Shown in pieces: positions 48,566 to 58,631 of a stretch of DNA of 64,000 bases. Made by a program: the position numbers and the translations under genes. The notes beneath the pieces were generated by a model. It ran no database searches and was not told the origin of the DNA. It was given only the letters and a program-made list of their open reading frames with translations. The stretch's first letter is position 1; each line of letters starts with the position of its first letter. The stretch is from NCBI GenBank assembly GCA_020852705.1, contig JADZAP010000031.1, forward strand, positions 65,050-129,049, written 5' to 3'. The stretch comes from Ignavibacteria bacterium (GTDB taxonomy: Bacteria; Bacteroidota; Ignavibacteria; Tepidaquicellales; OLB5).

Positions 48566-49357
48566 TTAATCGCCAATTTTAGCATCAAGCGGTCCGTTAA
48601 GTCCGGAATATTGAGTCAGCTCTGCTACTAAAGCTCCGATTACTATATTCATCTTTACCTTTACAGGAATTTTTCTGTCATCATCTGTTAAATAAATATA
48701 GATATCACTTGTTTTATTAGTAAATCCCTCTTTAAGCATCGGTCTTAAAATAAATGTTTTAAATTCACCTGCTGCCACATCAACTTCTTCCCTGCCTTCA
48801 AACCTGATATTCAAAGGATAGAAATTATCCTTGTAGAAATAATTAACAGTTACAACATCTCCGGTATTCTTACCTTTCCAATCAAGAGTACGTGCATAAT
48901 AGAAAGCTGAAATAAGATCCTGAACATACTGGTTTTGTGAGGTAAATGATTTATCTTCAACAAAATTTACTTTAGTATAAACTTTCAGACTTTCCTGAAT
49001 AAAAGTTGCTTCAAAATCCCTTTTAAAGTCATTTTCACGAATATGCTGCTCAAATCGCCATGGAAATATACCCTGAACATCAATAAATGTTTTATAGTTA
49101 TCTCTAACTTTATAAACTACATCAAAACTTGAGCGAGAATTAACATCAAAATTAACTTCATAAGTTTCTCTGTTATTGTACATAAAAACATTTGGCGATA
49201 TAGTCATAAATGCTTCTGCGGCAGTAATAAATCCATAACTCACCTCAAAAGAAAGTCTTTCTCCGAAACTGAATGCATTATTAGTTTGGGTTCTGAATTG
49301 TGAGTAAATGGAGAATGATAAAACTAATAAAAATGTTAAAACTTTAATAAATTTCAT
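48566..49357 (-). CDS. DUF3108-like secreted protein
   Basis: 263 aa. Signal peptide. N-terminal GERLSFEVSYGFITAAEAFMTI pattern recalled as typical of DUF3108. Confidence 0.5.
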   Translation of the reverse strand: MKFIKVLTFLLVLSFSIYSQFRTQTNNAFSFGERLSFEVSYGFITAAEAFMTISPNVFMYNNRETYEVNFDVNSRSSFDVVYKVRDNYKTFIDVQGIFPWRFEQHIRENDFKRDFEATFIQESLKVYTKVNFVEDKSFTSQNQYVQDLISAFYYARTLDWKGKNTGDVVTVNYFYKDNFYPLNIRFEGREEVDVAAGEFKTFILRPMLKEGFTNKTSDIYIYLTDDDRKIPVKVKMNIVIGALVAELTQYSGLNGPLDAKIGD

Positions 49358-49383
49358 ATATAAATTTTCCTGTATTTGTAATT

Positions 49384-50112
49384 TTAATTATTTTCTTCTT
49401 TTTTATCTTTACCAACTGTTTTTTTTAAAAGTACTTTATTAAACTTTGAATTAAATTTAATATCTGAAATAGAAACATTGCCTGTTTTACTCTTTATCAT
49501 ATACGGCATAATAACATCTGTTCCGGGAACTTTCTTAAAATCTGAAAATTCATTAGTAAATCCTCCTTTTAACTCTTTAACTTTCATAAATGTTTTAACA
49601 TCAAAGTAACTTGTCCGTATGGCTAAACTATCTTTCAGCATATCAATAACATAACAATCAGCACTATCAACTGTTTCATTTTGTAATAGCTCAAATTTAA
49701 CATTAAATTTTTCAGGATTCAGAAAATTTCCGAATAATGATTCATCAGCATTATTTATTTTTTTTTCAATTTCTTCCGGTTTCAGGTTTGTAATAATATC
49801 ACCAAATTTCATCCACCCTTTATGTTTTTCAGCATCAATTGCCTGAATCAATTTAAATTGCTTTGTGTTGATATTCATATAAATGAATTTTTTACTTAAA
49901 TAAACATCAATTGCACCTTTTTCATCATCAATCCCCGTAGTACCTTTCATTTCTATAGACTCTATATCTGCTAAAGCTTCTTTACCACCAATTGCAGTAA
50001 TATAATTATCAATAACATCCTGCGCGGTATTAACAGTTTTAAATTCTTGGCAAAATACAGAAGAATTTAGAACTATTAATAAAGTAATAAAAAAAGTTAA
50101 GTAATTTATCAT
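49384..50112 (-). CDS. secreted hypothetical protein (LolA-like/outer-membrane lipoprotein-sorting-like)
   Basis: 242 aa. Signal peptide. N-terminal AQDVIDNYITAIGGKEALADIESIEMKG pattern seen in LolA-fold periplasmic proteins. Assignment by memory only. Confidence 0.35.
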   Translation of the reverse strand: MINYLTFFITLLIVLNSSVFCQEFKTVNTAQDVIDNYITAIGGKEALADIESIEMKGTTGIDDEKGAIDVYLSKKFIYMNINTKQFKLIQAIDAEKHKGWMKFGDIITNLKPEEIEKKINNADESLFGNFLNPEKFNVKFELLQNETVDSADCYVIDMLKDSLAIRTSYFDVKTFMKVKELKGGFTNEFSDFKKVPGTDVIMPYMIKSKTGNVSISDIKFNSKFNKVLLKKTVGKDKKEENN

Positions 50113-50127
50113 TTTAATAAATATTAA

Positions 50128-51126
50128 TTAAATTTTACTTGAAGAAATATATTCATTGATAAAGCTATAAACCTCAATTGGTTTAATATCGTTCATAACA
50201 TCTCTTGAATTATCATCAATTTCGGGTACAAATATCTTTTTTTTATTGGTTAATGGTCCCCACCTTATGGGACTTTCAACTTTAACGGGAGAATACAATC
50301 CAATCACAAAAGTGCCCACAGCCGCAGCAATATGTATAGGACCTGATGAATTACCCAAAAATAATGATGCTTTAGATAACAATGCAGCCAATTCCTTCAA
50401 ATTCAAATTAAATATATCTATTACCCTGTTGTTTTCAGGTAAATTTGATATAATCTTTTTAACTTGGTTTTCATCTCCCCTTGTTCCGGTTAGTACTATT
50501 TTGTAATAATTTTTTACATTATTTAAAATAAGGTTTATCAATTCAATAAAATTATCATCACTCCACACTTTAGCTGAACCTAAAGAAGGTATGTGAATTA
50601 CAATGAATTTTTCATCATGTTTAAGAATTTGCACTTTATTAAATGCATGAACAATATGCTCATCTTTAACTTTAATTACAAGCTCTATTTTGTTATCAAT
50701 ATAGTGGTTAACAGCGTTTAATAAATCAAGATTATAAGTGCTTTCATGTTTAAGAGAATGTTTTCTGTGCTGATAATGTTTAAAGTTAAACAATAATGAA
50801 TACCATCTATAACCAGTTCCAATTCTATATTTTACACCTCCAAGCAGGATTCCAAGGGCAATTTTAAATTTGGGATAAACTATAATTGCAAGGTCATAAT
50901 TTTTTGTTTTGCAAAGTTTTTTAATTGCATTAACCGAAACTCTATCCATTTTATGAACTTCATCAAGTGCCGGATAATCATTAACTAATTCCCATACTCT
51001 GCTATTGACCAGCAGATCAATTTTAGCATTTGGAAAAGCCTTTCGCAAAGCATCTGCAACAGGCAATGTTAGTAATACATCACCAATCCTATCCGTTCTG
51101 CAAATAAGAATGCGTTTTGGACTAAT
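50128..51126 (-). CDS. glycosyltransferase family 9 (LPS heptosyltransferase-like); start codon uncertain/non-canonical
   Basis: GT9 features: N-terminal KRILICRTDRIGDVLLTLPVADALRKAFP and C-terminal LGNSSGPIHIAAAVG. The first canonical start (TTG 51066) lies inside the conserved N-terminal motif. The in-frame ORF opens at 51168 with only ATC/ATA/ATT candidates (ATT at 51126 used here). Confidence 0.7.
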   Translation of the reverse strand: MSPKRILICRTDRIGDVLLTLPVADALRKAFPNAKIDLLVNSRVWELVNDYPALDEVHKMDRVSVNAIKKLCKTKNYDLAIIVYPKFKIALGILLGGVKYRIGTGYRWYSLLFNFKHYQHRKHSLKHESTYNLDLLNAVNHYIDNKIELVIKVKDEHIVHAFNKVQILKHDEKFIVIHIPSLGSAKVWSDDNFIELINLILNNVKNYYKIVLTGTRGDENQVKKIISNLPENNRVIDIFNLNLKELAALLSKASLFLGNSSGPIHIAAAVGTFVIGLYSPVKVESPIRWGPLTNKKKIFVPEIDDNSRDVMNDIKPIEVYSFINEYISSSKI

Positions 51127-51275
51127 TTGTATTGTCTTTTCGTTTAATTTAGTATTTTTTGCGATTTTTTAGTAAATTTATATATTCAATATAAATTTTT
51201 TTCTAAATACTAAATATACTAAAAATTTTTATCATTCCTAAATTTATGCAAAGATGTAATTAAACATTTAAAAAA

Positions 51276-52589
51276 ATGAAAAAAGTATTATTAACTCTTT
51301 TTACCGGGATTCTCTTCATAAATTTTGCTTGTTTTTCAGGCAAATCAGGAGGCAACGATGGGAATGGAAACAATAATAAACCAGAAACACTAAATAGTAC
51401 AAAATTGAATGACAGTATAAATCAATCTAAAAAAGATACTTTGATGTTAGCACAAAATAAATTCAGTGATTTAAACAAAGATGCATTTAAACTTCATTAT
51501 GATGCAATCGTTATAGATACTCATAATGATATTTTGATGCCTGTATTTTTACAGGGAGCAGAACTTGATAAGGATAATCCAGGAACACAATCAGATCTTG
51601 TAAAATGGAAAGAAGGCGGACTTGATTGCCAGATGTTTTCTATTTATGTACCTGAAAGGTACAAGACAAACCATTTTAACTATGTTATGAAACTTATTGA
51701 TAAATTAGAATCGTTTCAATCTGAAAATACCGGAACATTTGCACTTTGCAGTAATTACCGGGAGCTGGAATCTGCATTAAAAACCGGGAAATTCATTGCA
51801 CTGATGGGAGCTGAAGGCGGCAATATGATTGAAGGATCAATGGAAAACCTGGAAACACTTTACAGCCGGGGAGTAAGATATCTGGGTTTAACATGGAATA
51901 CAAGTAATGCAATCGGAACATCGGCAAGAGATGAAACAGAACGCGGTAAACAAGGCGGTTTAACAGAATTCGGAATAGATGTTGTAAAACGTATGAATGA
52001 ACTTGGAATGCTTGTTGATGTATCTCATTTGGGCGAAACAGCATTTTGGGATGTTGTTAAAACGAGTAATGCACCTATTATTGCATCCCATTCAAATTGT
52101 TATTCATTATGTCCGAATTACAGAAATTTAACAGATGATCAGATAAAAGCCATAGCGAAATCAGGGGGATATATCGGCATAAATTTCTTTTATAAATTTC
52201 TTGACCCAAACGGAAATCCCGGAGCAATTAAAAACGTTCAAGCTAAATACCGAAATGCTGCAGATAAATTAATGAGTGAATACGGAGATGACCTGATTTT
52301 GTTTAATGAAAAGCGGTATGAGTTCATAACCGAAAATCCAACTGAAAACGGAACATCAGTTGATATATTGATTGACCATATTGACCATATTGTTAAATTA
52401 GCAGGGATAGATTATGTTGGGCTTGGAAGTGATTTTGACGGAAGTATTGTTACTATAAATGAAATATATGATGCTACATGTTATCCAATAATAACCAAAA
52501 AACTTGTTGAACGCGGGTACTGCGAGCAGGATATACGAAAAATACTTGGAGGTAACTTTATGAGAGTGTTTAAACAAGTATGCCCTTAA
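51276..52589 (+). CDS. membrane dipeptidase (peptidase family M19), probable lipoprotein
   Basis: 437 aa. Signal/lipobox-like N-terminus (FINFAC). VIDTHNDIL, VDVSHL, ASHSN and GLGSDFDG metal-ligand motifs. Confidence 0.85.
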   Translation: MKKVLLTLFTGILFINFACFSGKSGGNDGNGNNNKPETLNSTKLNDSINQSKKDTLMLAQNKFSDLNKDAFKLHYDAIVIDTHNDILMPVFLQGAELDKDNPGTQSDLVKWKEGGLDCQMFSIYVPERYKTNHFNYVMKLIDKLESFQSENTGTFALCSNYRELESALKTGKFIALMGAEGGNMIEGSMENLETLYSRGVRYLGLTWNTSNAIGTSARDETERGKQGGLTEFGIDVVKRMNELGMLVDVSHLGETAFWDVVKTSNAPIIASHSNCYSLCPNYRNLTDDQIKAIAKSGGYIGINFFYKFLDPNGNPGAIKNVQAKYRNAADKLMSEYGDDLILFNEKRYEFITENPTENGTSVDILIDHIDHIVKLAGIDYVGLGSDFDGSIVTINEIYDATCYPIITKKLVERGYCEQDIRKILGGNFMRVFKQVCP

Positions 52590-52761
52590 TGATTAACACT
52601 GCAAATATTACAATAAAATATCAAAATTTTTAAAAATATATTTTTAACAGTAATTTATTTTTCAAATCAATACTAAATTATTATTATTAAACACTATCAT
52701 TAGCTTTACAGAAAATTTAATTTATAAATCAATATAGCGTTAAATAGATTTAAGTATTTAA

Positions 52762-54582
52762 ATGAATATTCCTCAATCTAAAATAGATGAAATATCAGCA
52801 TCTCTTGATATTGTTGATGTAATTTCTGCTTACACTCCTCTTCGCAAAGCGGGGAAAAGTTTTATGGGCAGATGTCCTTATCACGAGGAGAAGACACCAT
52901 CATTCAGTGTTTCACAGGAAAAAGGTGTTTTCCACTGCTTTGGCTGCGGTAAAAGCGGAAATATGTTTACATTTGTTATGGATATGGAGAATTTTACATT
53001 TTTTGATACAGTAAAGTTTCTAGCTGATAAAGCAAACATAACAATTGAATTTGAAAATGAACCATTTGACCCTGACCGAAATAAAGTTGAAATATATTAT
53101 GATATCAATAAAAAAGCGGGGAAATATTTTTACGAAAAATTAAACAGCCGTGAAGGTGCTTATGCAAAAGAATATTTGAATACACGCGGATTAAAGGATG
53201 ATACAATTGTTAAATTCGGTTTGGGTTATTCACTGCGCGATAAAGATGCTTTATACCGGGAGTTTGAAAATGATTACACTGCAGAAGATATACAGGGTTC
53301 AGGTTTAATTTTACAGCTTGGTGCAGGTGAAATCCGAGATCGTTTCCGCGGGAGGCTTATGTTCCCTATTTTTAATGAGGCAGGCAGGGTTGTTGGCTTT
53401 GGCGGCAGGCGCATGTATGATGAATCAACCGATGAAGCAAAATATATCAACTCTCCAGAAACCAAGATATACAATAAGAGTAAAATATTATACGGGCTTA
53501 ATTTTGCAAAGAATGCAATAAAGCAGAAAGGATTTGTATTGCTTGTTGAAGGTTATATGGACCTGATTTCATTATTCCAAAAAGGGATTGAGAATGTTGT
53601 TGCCTCAAGCGGTACATCACTTACACAATTACATTCAAAAATTCTGAGCCGTTACACAAAGGAAGTTGTTGTTGTATATGATGCTGACCTTGCGGGGCAG
53701 AATGCCTCGAGGCGAGCAATTGAATTATTGGTTGAAAATGATATAAACGTTAGTATTCTTGAGCTGCCTTATGGCGATGACCCTGATACATATATACAGA
53801 AGAACGGCATTGATGGATTTGAGCGGCTGCTGAATAACAGGCTATCGATAATAGATTATATTGCAGAGCGCTATGAAACAGACGGTAAAATGAATTCACC
53901 TGAAGGAAAAACTGAGTTTGTTAGGGAAATTATCGGACTTATTGTCAAAATGCGTGATGCAATTAAACGGGATTTTTATATTAAAGGTATAGCGGAAAAG
54001 TTCTCGATTTATGAAAGCATAATCCGCAAAGAGCTGGATTCAGTACTAAAGCTTAAGTCAAGAGGTTTAACGCGGGAGACAAATACTGATAGACCTGTTA
54101 AGAAACCTAAGGAACGGGTTTCAAAATTTTCTGCAGTTGAGCTTGTGCTGATAAGGCTGTTAATTGATTCAGATGATAAAACAAAATCATTGCTTATGAA
54201 CGAGCTTGAAATGGAGCTGATTTCCAATGATACTGTCCGTAAAATAGTGAATTATATCATGCTCAATATTGATTCACCCGAAAAGATAACGCATATACAG
54301 CTTTTCAATGAATTCCAGGATGAAGAAGCAAAGGATATTATAGGCAAAGCGCTTTTAGATGAGAATCTTATTATGCAGGATATTAAAAGTAAAAATCATT
54401 TGGGTGAAGCAAATTCAGTTTTAAGTCAATTAAAACTATACAATATCAGGAATAAAATTAAAGATATTGAGATACAGATAAAATCATCAAATGATTACTC
54501 ACCTGAAATATTGAGATTATTGAATACACAGCAAAAATTAAAGCGTGAGCAGATAAAGATTGAAAAGAGTTTGAGGAGTTAA
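52762..54582 (+). CDS. dnaG: DNA primase
   Basis: 606 aa. Zn-ribbon CPYHEEKTPSFSVSQEKGVFHCFGCGKSGN, TOPRIM (LVEGYMDLISL ... VYDADLAGQ) and a C-terminal helicase-interaction region. Confidence 0.95.
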   Translation: MNIPQSKIDEISASLDIVDVISAYTPLRKAGKSFMGRCPYHEEKTPSFSVSQEKGVFHCFGCGKSGNMFTFVMDMENFTFFDTVKFLADKANITIEFENEPFDPDRNKVEIYYDINKKAGKYFYEKLNSREGAYAKEYLNTRGLKDDTIVKFGLGYSLRDKDALYREFENDYTAEDIQGSGLILQLGAGEIRDRFRGRLMFPIFNEAGRVVGFGGRRMYDESTDEAKYINSPETKIYNKSKILYGLNFAKNAIKQKGFVLLVEGYMDLISLFQKGIENVVASSGTSLTQLHSKILSRYTKEVVVVYDADLAGQNASRRAIELLVENDINVSILELPYGDDPDTYIQKNGIDGFERLLNNRLSIIDYIAERYETDGKMNSPEGKTEFVREIIGLIVKMRDAIKRDFYIKGIAEKFSIYESIIRKELDSVLKLKSRGLTRETNTDRPVKKPKERVSKFSAVELVLIRLLIDSDDKTKSLLMNELEMELISNDTVRKIVNYIMLNIDSPEKITHIQLFNEFQDEEAKDIIGKALLDENLIMQDIKSKNHLGEANSVLSQLKLYNIRNKIKDIEIQIKSSNDYSPEILRLLNTQQKLKREQIKIEKSLRS

Positions 54583-54592
54583 TGATTAAAAT

Positions 54593-54619
54593 CCCGGCAG
54601 GTATTAATTTCCTGCCGGG
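54593..54619. terminator. bidirectional terminator between convergent dnaG and stomatin-like gene
   Basis: cccggcagg-tattaattt-cctgccggg, 9-bp stem. T-run on the minus strand (aTTTT) and a weaker one on the plus strand. Confidence 0.7.
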
Positions 54620-54640
54620 TATGTTTGTAAATTCATGTCA

Positions 54641-55408
54641 TTACTTTGGATTTTCAACCATCTTCATAAATGCACTTATTATATCAACAGGCAGCGGGAA
54701 GATTACAGTTGAATTCTTTTCTGTTGCAATTTCAGTCAAAGTTTGCAAGTAGCGGAGCTGTAAAGATACCGGCTGTTTGTTAATGACCTCTGCAGCATCT
54801 GCAAGTTTTTGCGATGCCTGAAACTCACCATCAGCATGAATGATTTTGGCTCTTCTTTCCCTTTCGGCTTCTGCCTGGCGTGCCATAGCACGCTGCATTT
54901 CAATTGGCAGGTCAATTTGTTTTACTTCTACATTTGATACCTTTATGCCCCAAGGTTCGGTATGATCATCAATGATTGCCTGCAGGCGTTTATTAATCTC
55001 ATCCCGTTCAGTTAAAAGTTCATCAAGCTCGCTTTGTCCAAGTACACTTCTAAGTGTGGTTTGTGCAATCTGCGAAGTTGCAAACAGAAAATCCTGAACC
55101 TCTATAATAGCTTTTTCTGGCTGCAGTACACGGAAATACACTACTGCATTAACTTTTACTGATATGTTATCCTTTGTAACAATATCCTGCGACGGAACAT
55201 CCATTACAAGAGTCCGCAAGCTGACTTTTATCATCTTATCAACAAAAGGTATAAGAATGATGAGTCCAGGACCCTTGGTTTGAGAATACCTTCCTAAACG
55301 GAAGATTACACCTCGTTCATACTCACGCATAACCTTTATCATGCTGAAAATAATAATGACAAAGAAAAGGAGTATAAAAAATATAAATGTTATTATTACT
55401 GCCTCCAT
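54641..55408 (-). CDS. SPFH/band-7 (stomatin-like) protein
   Basis: 255 aa. N-terminal [17 protein letters not shown], the conserved SPFH core and a C-terminal coiled coil ([14 protein letters not shown]). Confidence 0.9.
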   Translation of the reverse strand: MEAVIITFIFFILLFFVIIIFSMIKVMREYERGVIFRLGRYSQTKGPGLIILIPFVDKMIKVSLRTLVMDVPSQDIVTKDNISVKVNAVVYFRVLQPEKAIIEVQDFLFATSQIAQTTLRSVLGQSELDELLTERDEINKRLQAIIDDHTEPWGIKVSNVEVKQIDLPIEMQRAMARQAEAERERRAKIIHADGEFQASQKLADAAEVINKQPVSLQLRYLQTLTEIATEKNSTVIFPLPVDIISAFMKMVENPK

Positions 55409-55448
55409 AATATCTCCTTATGGTTTAAATTAGTTAAATACTTTTTTT

Positions 55449-55548
55449 ATTTACCTCACCCCCTGGCCCCCTCTCCTTAAAGGAGAGGTGGAAATCAAAA
55501 CTTTGAGTTATTTCTCCGCTATCCCTTCGTGAGATAGGTTATGGATTT
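55449..55548 (+). repeat. single copy of the 100-bp hairpin repeat family seen at 14831..15160, in the nfeD-stomatin intergenic spacer
   Basis: ttacctcaccccctggccccctctcc-ttaaa-ggagaggtggaaatc matches the repeat head (attacctcacccctgccctctcct-acg-aggagagggagaa). The tail shares tttgagttatttc versus ttttagtcaattc, and a terminal atggattt. Confidence 0.6.
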
Positions 55549-55557
55549 AGGGTAAGA

Positions 55558-56871
55558 TTAAATCTTTTCCACTGTTATAGTCAAATCCTTAACACCAACA
55601 ACTTTGACTTTTTCACCTTTTGTTAAATTCTGTGATGAAACTGCATTCCACATTTCACCCATAACTTTAACCGTACCTGATCCATCAATAATATCAATAA
55701 AAACCTCACCAATTTCACCAAGCATCCCAGACTCCCCTGTCATAGGTTTGCGTTTATGCGCTTTTAAAACCAGCCATGCAAGCAGAGAAAATAATCCTGC
55801 AATTATCAATACAGATGTTATAACAACACTCAATGAAATATGAACAGTTTCTTCAAACGGTGAGCTTGGATTTATTAACATCATAGAACCAAAGAACATA
55901 GAAATTACTCCTGCAACTGTAAGCATTCCGTAACTTGTAACTTTAATTTCAGCAATAAATAAAATTATGGCAAGTAAAATTAAACCTGCACCTGCATAAT
56001 TAACAGGTAAAGTATGCAGCCCGTATAAACCAAGTAATATACAAATTGCACCAACAACTCCGGGCAGAATTGCACCCGGGTGATAAAATTCAAGAATTAT
56101 TCCCCATACTCCAAGCATCATTAAAATGTATGCAATATTTGGGTCGCTGATAAATCCCAAAATTTTATGGAACCAGTTCTCTTCGTAAACAACTATGGTT
56201 GCATTCTTGGTATTAAGTATTTTTTTGCCATTTGATGTTTCAACTTCTCTGCCATTAATTTTTGCAAGAAGGTCATTCATATCATTGGCAACAAGATCAA
56301 TAACGCTATCTTTTAAAGCTTCTGACTCGGTAATAGAAACAGAGTTTCTGACTGCATCTTCGCTCCATTTTACATTGCGTTTACGTTTTTCGCTTATTGA
56401 TCGGATAAAAGCGGCGGCATCATTGGTAACTTTTTGGCTCATAGTGGAATCCATTTTACTGCCATCTCCGCTTACGGGATGTGAAGCCCCGATATTTGTA
56501 CCGGGAGCCATTACAGCAATATGTGAGGCAAGAGTAATAAAAACACCGGCGCTTGCAGATTGTGATCCGCCCGGGAATACATATACAATAACAGGAACAG
56601 GAGCAGTCAGAATATCGCTTACTATATATCTGGTTGATTTAAGTAATCCTCCGGGAGTATTGAGCTGAATTATAAGACACTCAGCATTTTTATTACTAGC
56701 TTCCTGAATGCTTTGGTGAATAAAATCGCTTACAGCAGGATTAATAGAGCCATCAACTTTAATTACATAAACAGTTGGATTTTGAGCAAACAGGTATGAT
56801 GCTGATAAACTAATTGATAGTATCAGAATGATTAAATTATTGAATAAAATTCTTTTGTTCAGTAATTCCAT
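55558..56871 (-). CDS. NfeD-family membrane-bound serine protease (ClpP-class)
   Basis: 437 aa. Signal peptide, ClpP-like domain (NTPGGLLKST...GGSQSASAGVFI), multi-TM region and C-terminal OB-fold NfeD domain (GTVKVMGEMWNAVS). Upstream partner of the SPFH gene. Confidence 0.88.
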   Translation of the reverse strand: MELLNKRILFNNLIILILSISLSASYLFAQNPTVYVIKVDGSINPAVSDFIHQSIQEASNKNAECLIIQLNTPGGLLKSTRYIVSDILTAPVPVIVYVFPGGSQSASAGVFITLASHIAVMAPGTNIGASHPVSGDGSKMDSTMSQKVTNDAAAFIRSISEKRKRNVKWSEDAVRNSVSITESEALKDSVIDLVANDMNDLLAKINGREVETSNGKKILNTKNATIVVYEENWFHKILGFISDPNIAYILMMLGVWGIILEFYHPGAILPGVVGAICILLGLYGLHTLPVNYAGAGLILLAIILFIAEIKVTSYGMLTVAGVISMFFGSMMLINPSSPFEETVHISLSVVITSVLIIAGLFSLLAWLVLKAHKRKPMTGESGMLGEIGEVFIDIIDGSGTVKVMGEMWNAVSSQNLTKGEKVKVVGVKDLTITVEKI

Positions 56872-56978
56872 TTAAAAGATAAAAATAGCTATTGAATATA
56901 AACAAAAATAATGAAAAATTTGCTGAAATAGCGGGTTAAATTTACGAATTTAAATAATTTCATTAATTTAAATTACTA

Positions 56979-57009
56979 TTGTATTAATTCGCATAGTTTA
57001 TTATATTTG
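56979..57009 (+). promoter_or_regulatory. putative FCB-type promoter (aTTG-N20-TATATTTG) for rho, implying an approx 210-nt leader
   Basis: TTG 56979..56981, 20-nt spacer, TATATTTG 57002..57009. Confidence 0.4.
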
Positions 57010-57223
57010 CAGGTAATTAACTCATCAAAAGACACCCGGATTTAAAAAATCTGAAAAAAATCGCATACTTTCTAAGTAATCCATTTAAACATTAATCAAA
57101 TATTTCACTTCCGGTCATACTTAATTCTTTAAGTATTTTGGTCTAATCATAAAATTATTTTATATTCAAAATTATTAAATTTATAAACGATACATATAAA
57201 AATCAAATTAATTAAAGTGAAAA

Positions 57224-58507
57224 ATGCCATCAGATAAAAAAGACGATTTAAAACCCTCTATGGATTTAGCAGAGCTTAAGAAGAAAAAAATTGCAGAGCT
57301 ATATGATATAGCAAAACACCTAAACATAAACGGTTACAGTGATCTAAGAAAGCAGGATCTAATATACAAGATACTTGAAACCGGAACACAGGCAGATGGT
57401 GTTGCATACAGCAAAGGAGTTTTGGATGTTCTGCCTGACGGATACGGTTTTTTAAGATCAGCTGATTACAACTATCTTTCATCCCCTGACGATGTATATG
57501 TTTCTCCATCACAGATAAAAAAATTCGCATTAAGAACCGGTGATACCGTAAGCGGACAGGTACGTCCTCCAAAAGACGGAGAAAGGTTCTTTGCGTTATT
57601 ACGCGTAGATAAGGTAAACGGAGTAGAACCGGAGAAAATGCGTGAGAGGACATTGTTTGATAATTTAACACCCCTTTATGCAAATGAAAGACTTAATCTG
57701 GAGTCAGCCCCGGGAGAATATGCCACAAGGATAATGAATCTTTTTACTCCGATAGGCAAAGGTAACAGGGGTATGATAGTATCACCGCCCAAAGCAGGCA
57801 AAACAATTTTGCTTCAGCAAATAGCCAACGCTATTGCAAAGAACCAGCCTGATGTAGAGCTAATAGTCCTTTTAATAGATGAACGTCCTGAAGAAGTAAC
57901 GGATATGGAGCGCTCAGTAAGGGCAGAAGTGATAAGCTCAACTTTTGACGAACCGCCTGAGAGACACGTACAGGTTTCTGATATAGTTCTGGAAAAAGCT
58001 AAAAGACTTACTGAAGCTAAAAAGGATGTAGTAATACTATTAGATAGTATTACCCGTCTTGCAAGGGCACATAACACAGTAGTACCGCACAGCGGAAAGA
58101 TACTTTCCGGAGGTGTGGACGCAAATGCATTGCACAGACCTAAAAGATTTTTTGGTGCAGCAAGAAACATTGAAGAAGGCGGAAGTTTAACAATTATAGC
58201 TACTGCCTTAGTTGAAACCGGAAGCCGAATGGACGAAGTTATTTTTGAAGAATTTAAAGGTACCGGTAATATGGAAATAGTTCTTGACAGGAAGCTAGCC
58301 GATAAAAGAATTTTCCCCGCAATAGACCTTAATAAATCAGGCACAAGAAAAGAAGAACTTCTTTTAGATGAAGAAGAACTTTCTAAGGTATGGCTCTTAA
58401 GAAAAATCTTAAGTGATTTTTCACAGGTCGAAGCAATGGAGTTCCTTTTAGGTAAAATGAGAGGGACCAAGCATAACAAAGAATTTCTGAAAAGCATGAA
58501 CTCATAG
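57224..58507 (+). CDS. rho: transcription termination factor Rho
   Basis: 427 aa. N-terminal [19 protein letters not shown]-binding GFLR...[19 protein letters not shown]-loop PPKAGKT and Q/R loops. Confidence 0.96.
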   Translation: MPSDKKDDLKPSMDLAELKKKKIAELYDIAKHLNINGYSDLRKQDLIYKILETGTQADGVAYSKGVLDVLPDGYGFLRSADYNYLSSPDDVYVSPSQIKKFALRTGDTVSGQVRPPKDGERFFALLRVDKVNGVEPEKMRERTLFDNLTPLYANERLNLESAPGEYATRIMNLFTPIGKGNRGMIVSPPKAGKTILLQQIANAIAKNQPDVELIVLLIDERPEEVTDMERSVRAEVISSTFDEPPERHVQVSDIVLEKAKRLTEAKKDVVILLDSITRLARAHNTVVPHSGKILSGGVDANALHRPKRFFGAARNIEEGGSLTIIATALVETGSRMDEVIFEEFKGTGNMEIVLDRKLADKRIFPAIDLNKSGTRKEELLLDEEELSKVWLLRKILSDFSQVEAMEFLLGKMRGTKHNKEFLKSMNS

Positions 58508-58631
58508 CTGAGGATTTATATCCTTTAGTACAAGAGTATAATGTATTTCATCAATTGAGTTATGTGTTACACCATAGCTAATATATCCTAATAACTGCAT
58601 TTACTTTATTGCAGCTGAATATTGTGACTGA

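Noticed and set aside
57814-58497. 227-aa ORF antisense to rho. Similar long antisense ORFs: 32402..32938 against rplK/rplA, 24182..24589 against pyrE, 56195..56668 against nfeD, 37037..37375 against rpoB.
   Set aside because: Each lies fully inside a strongly supported conserved gene on the other strand. Their translations are low-complexity Ser/Leu/Ile-rich with no motifs. Long antisense frames of this kind are expected in AT-rich genes with a strong codon pattern.
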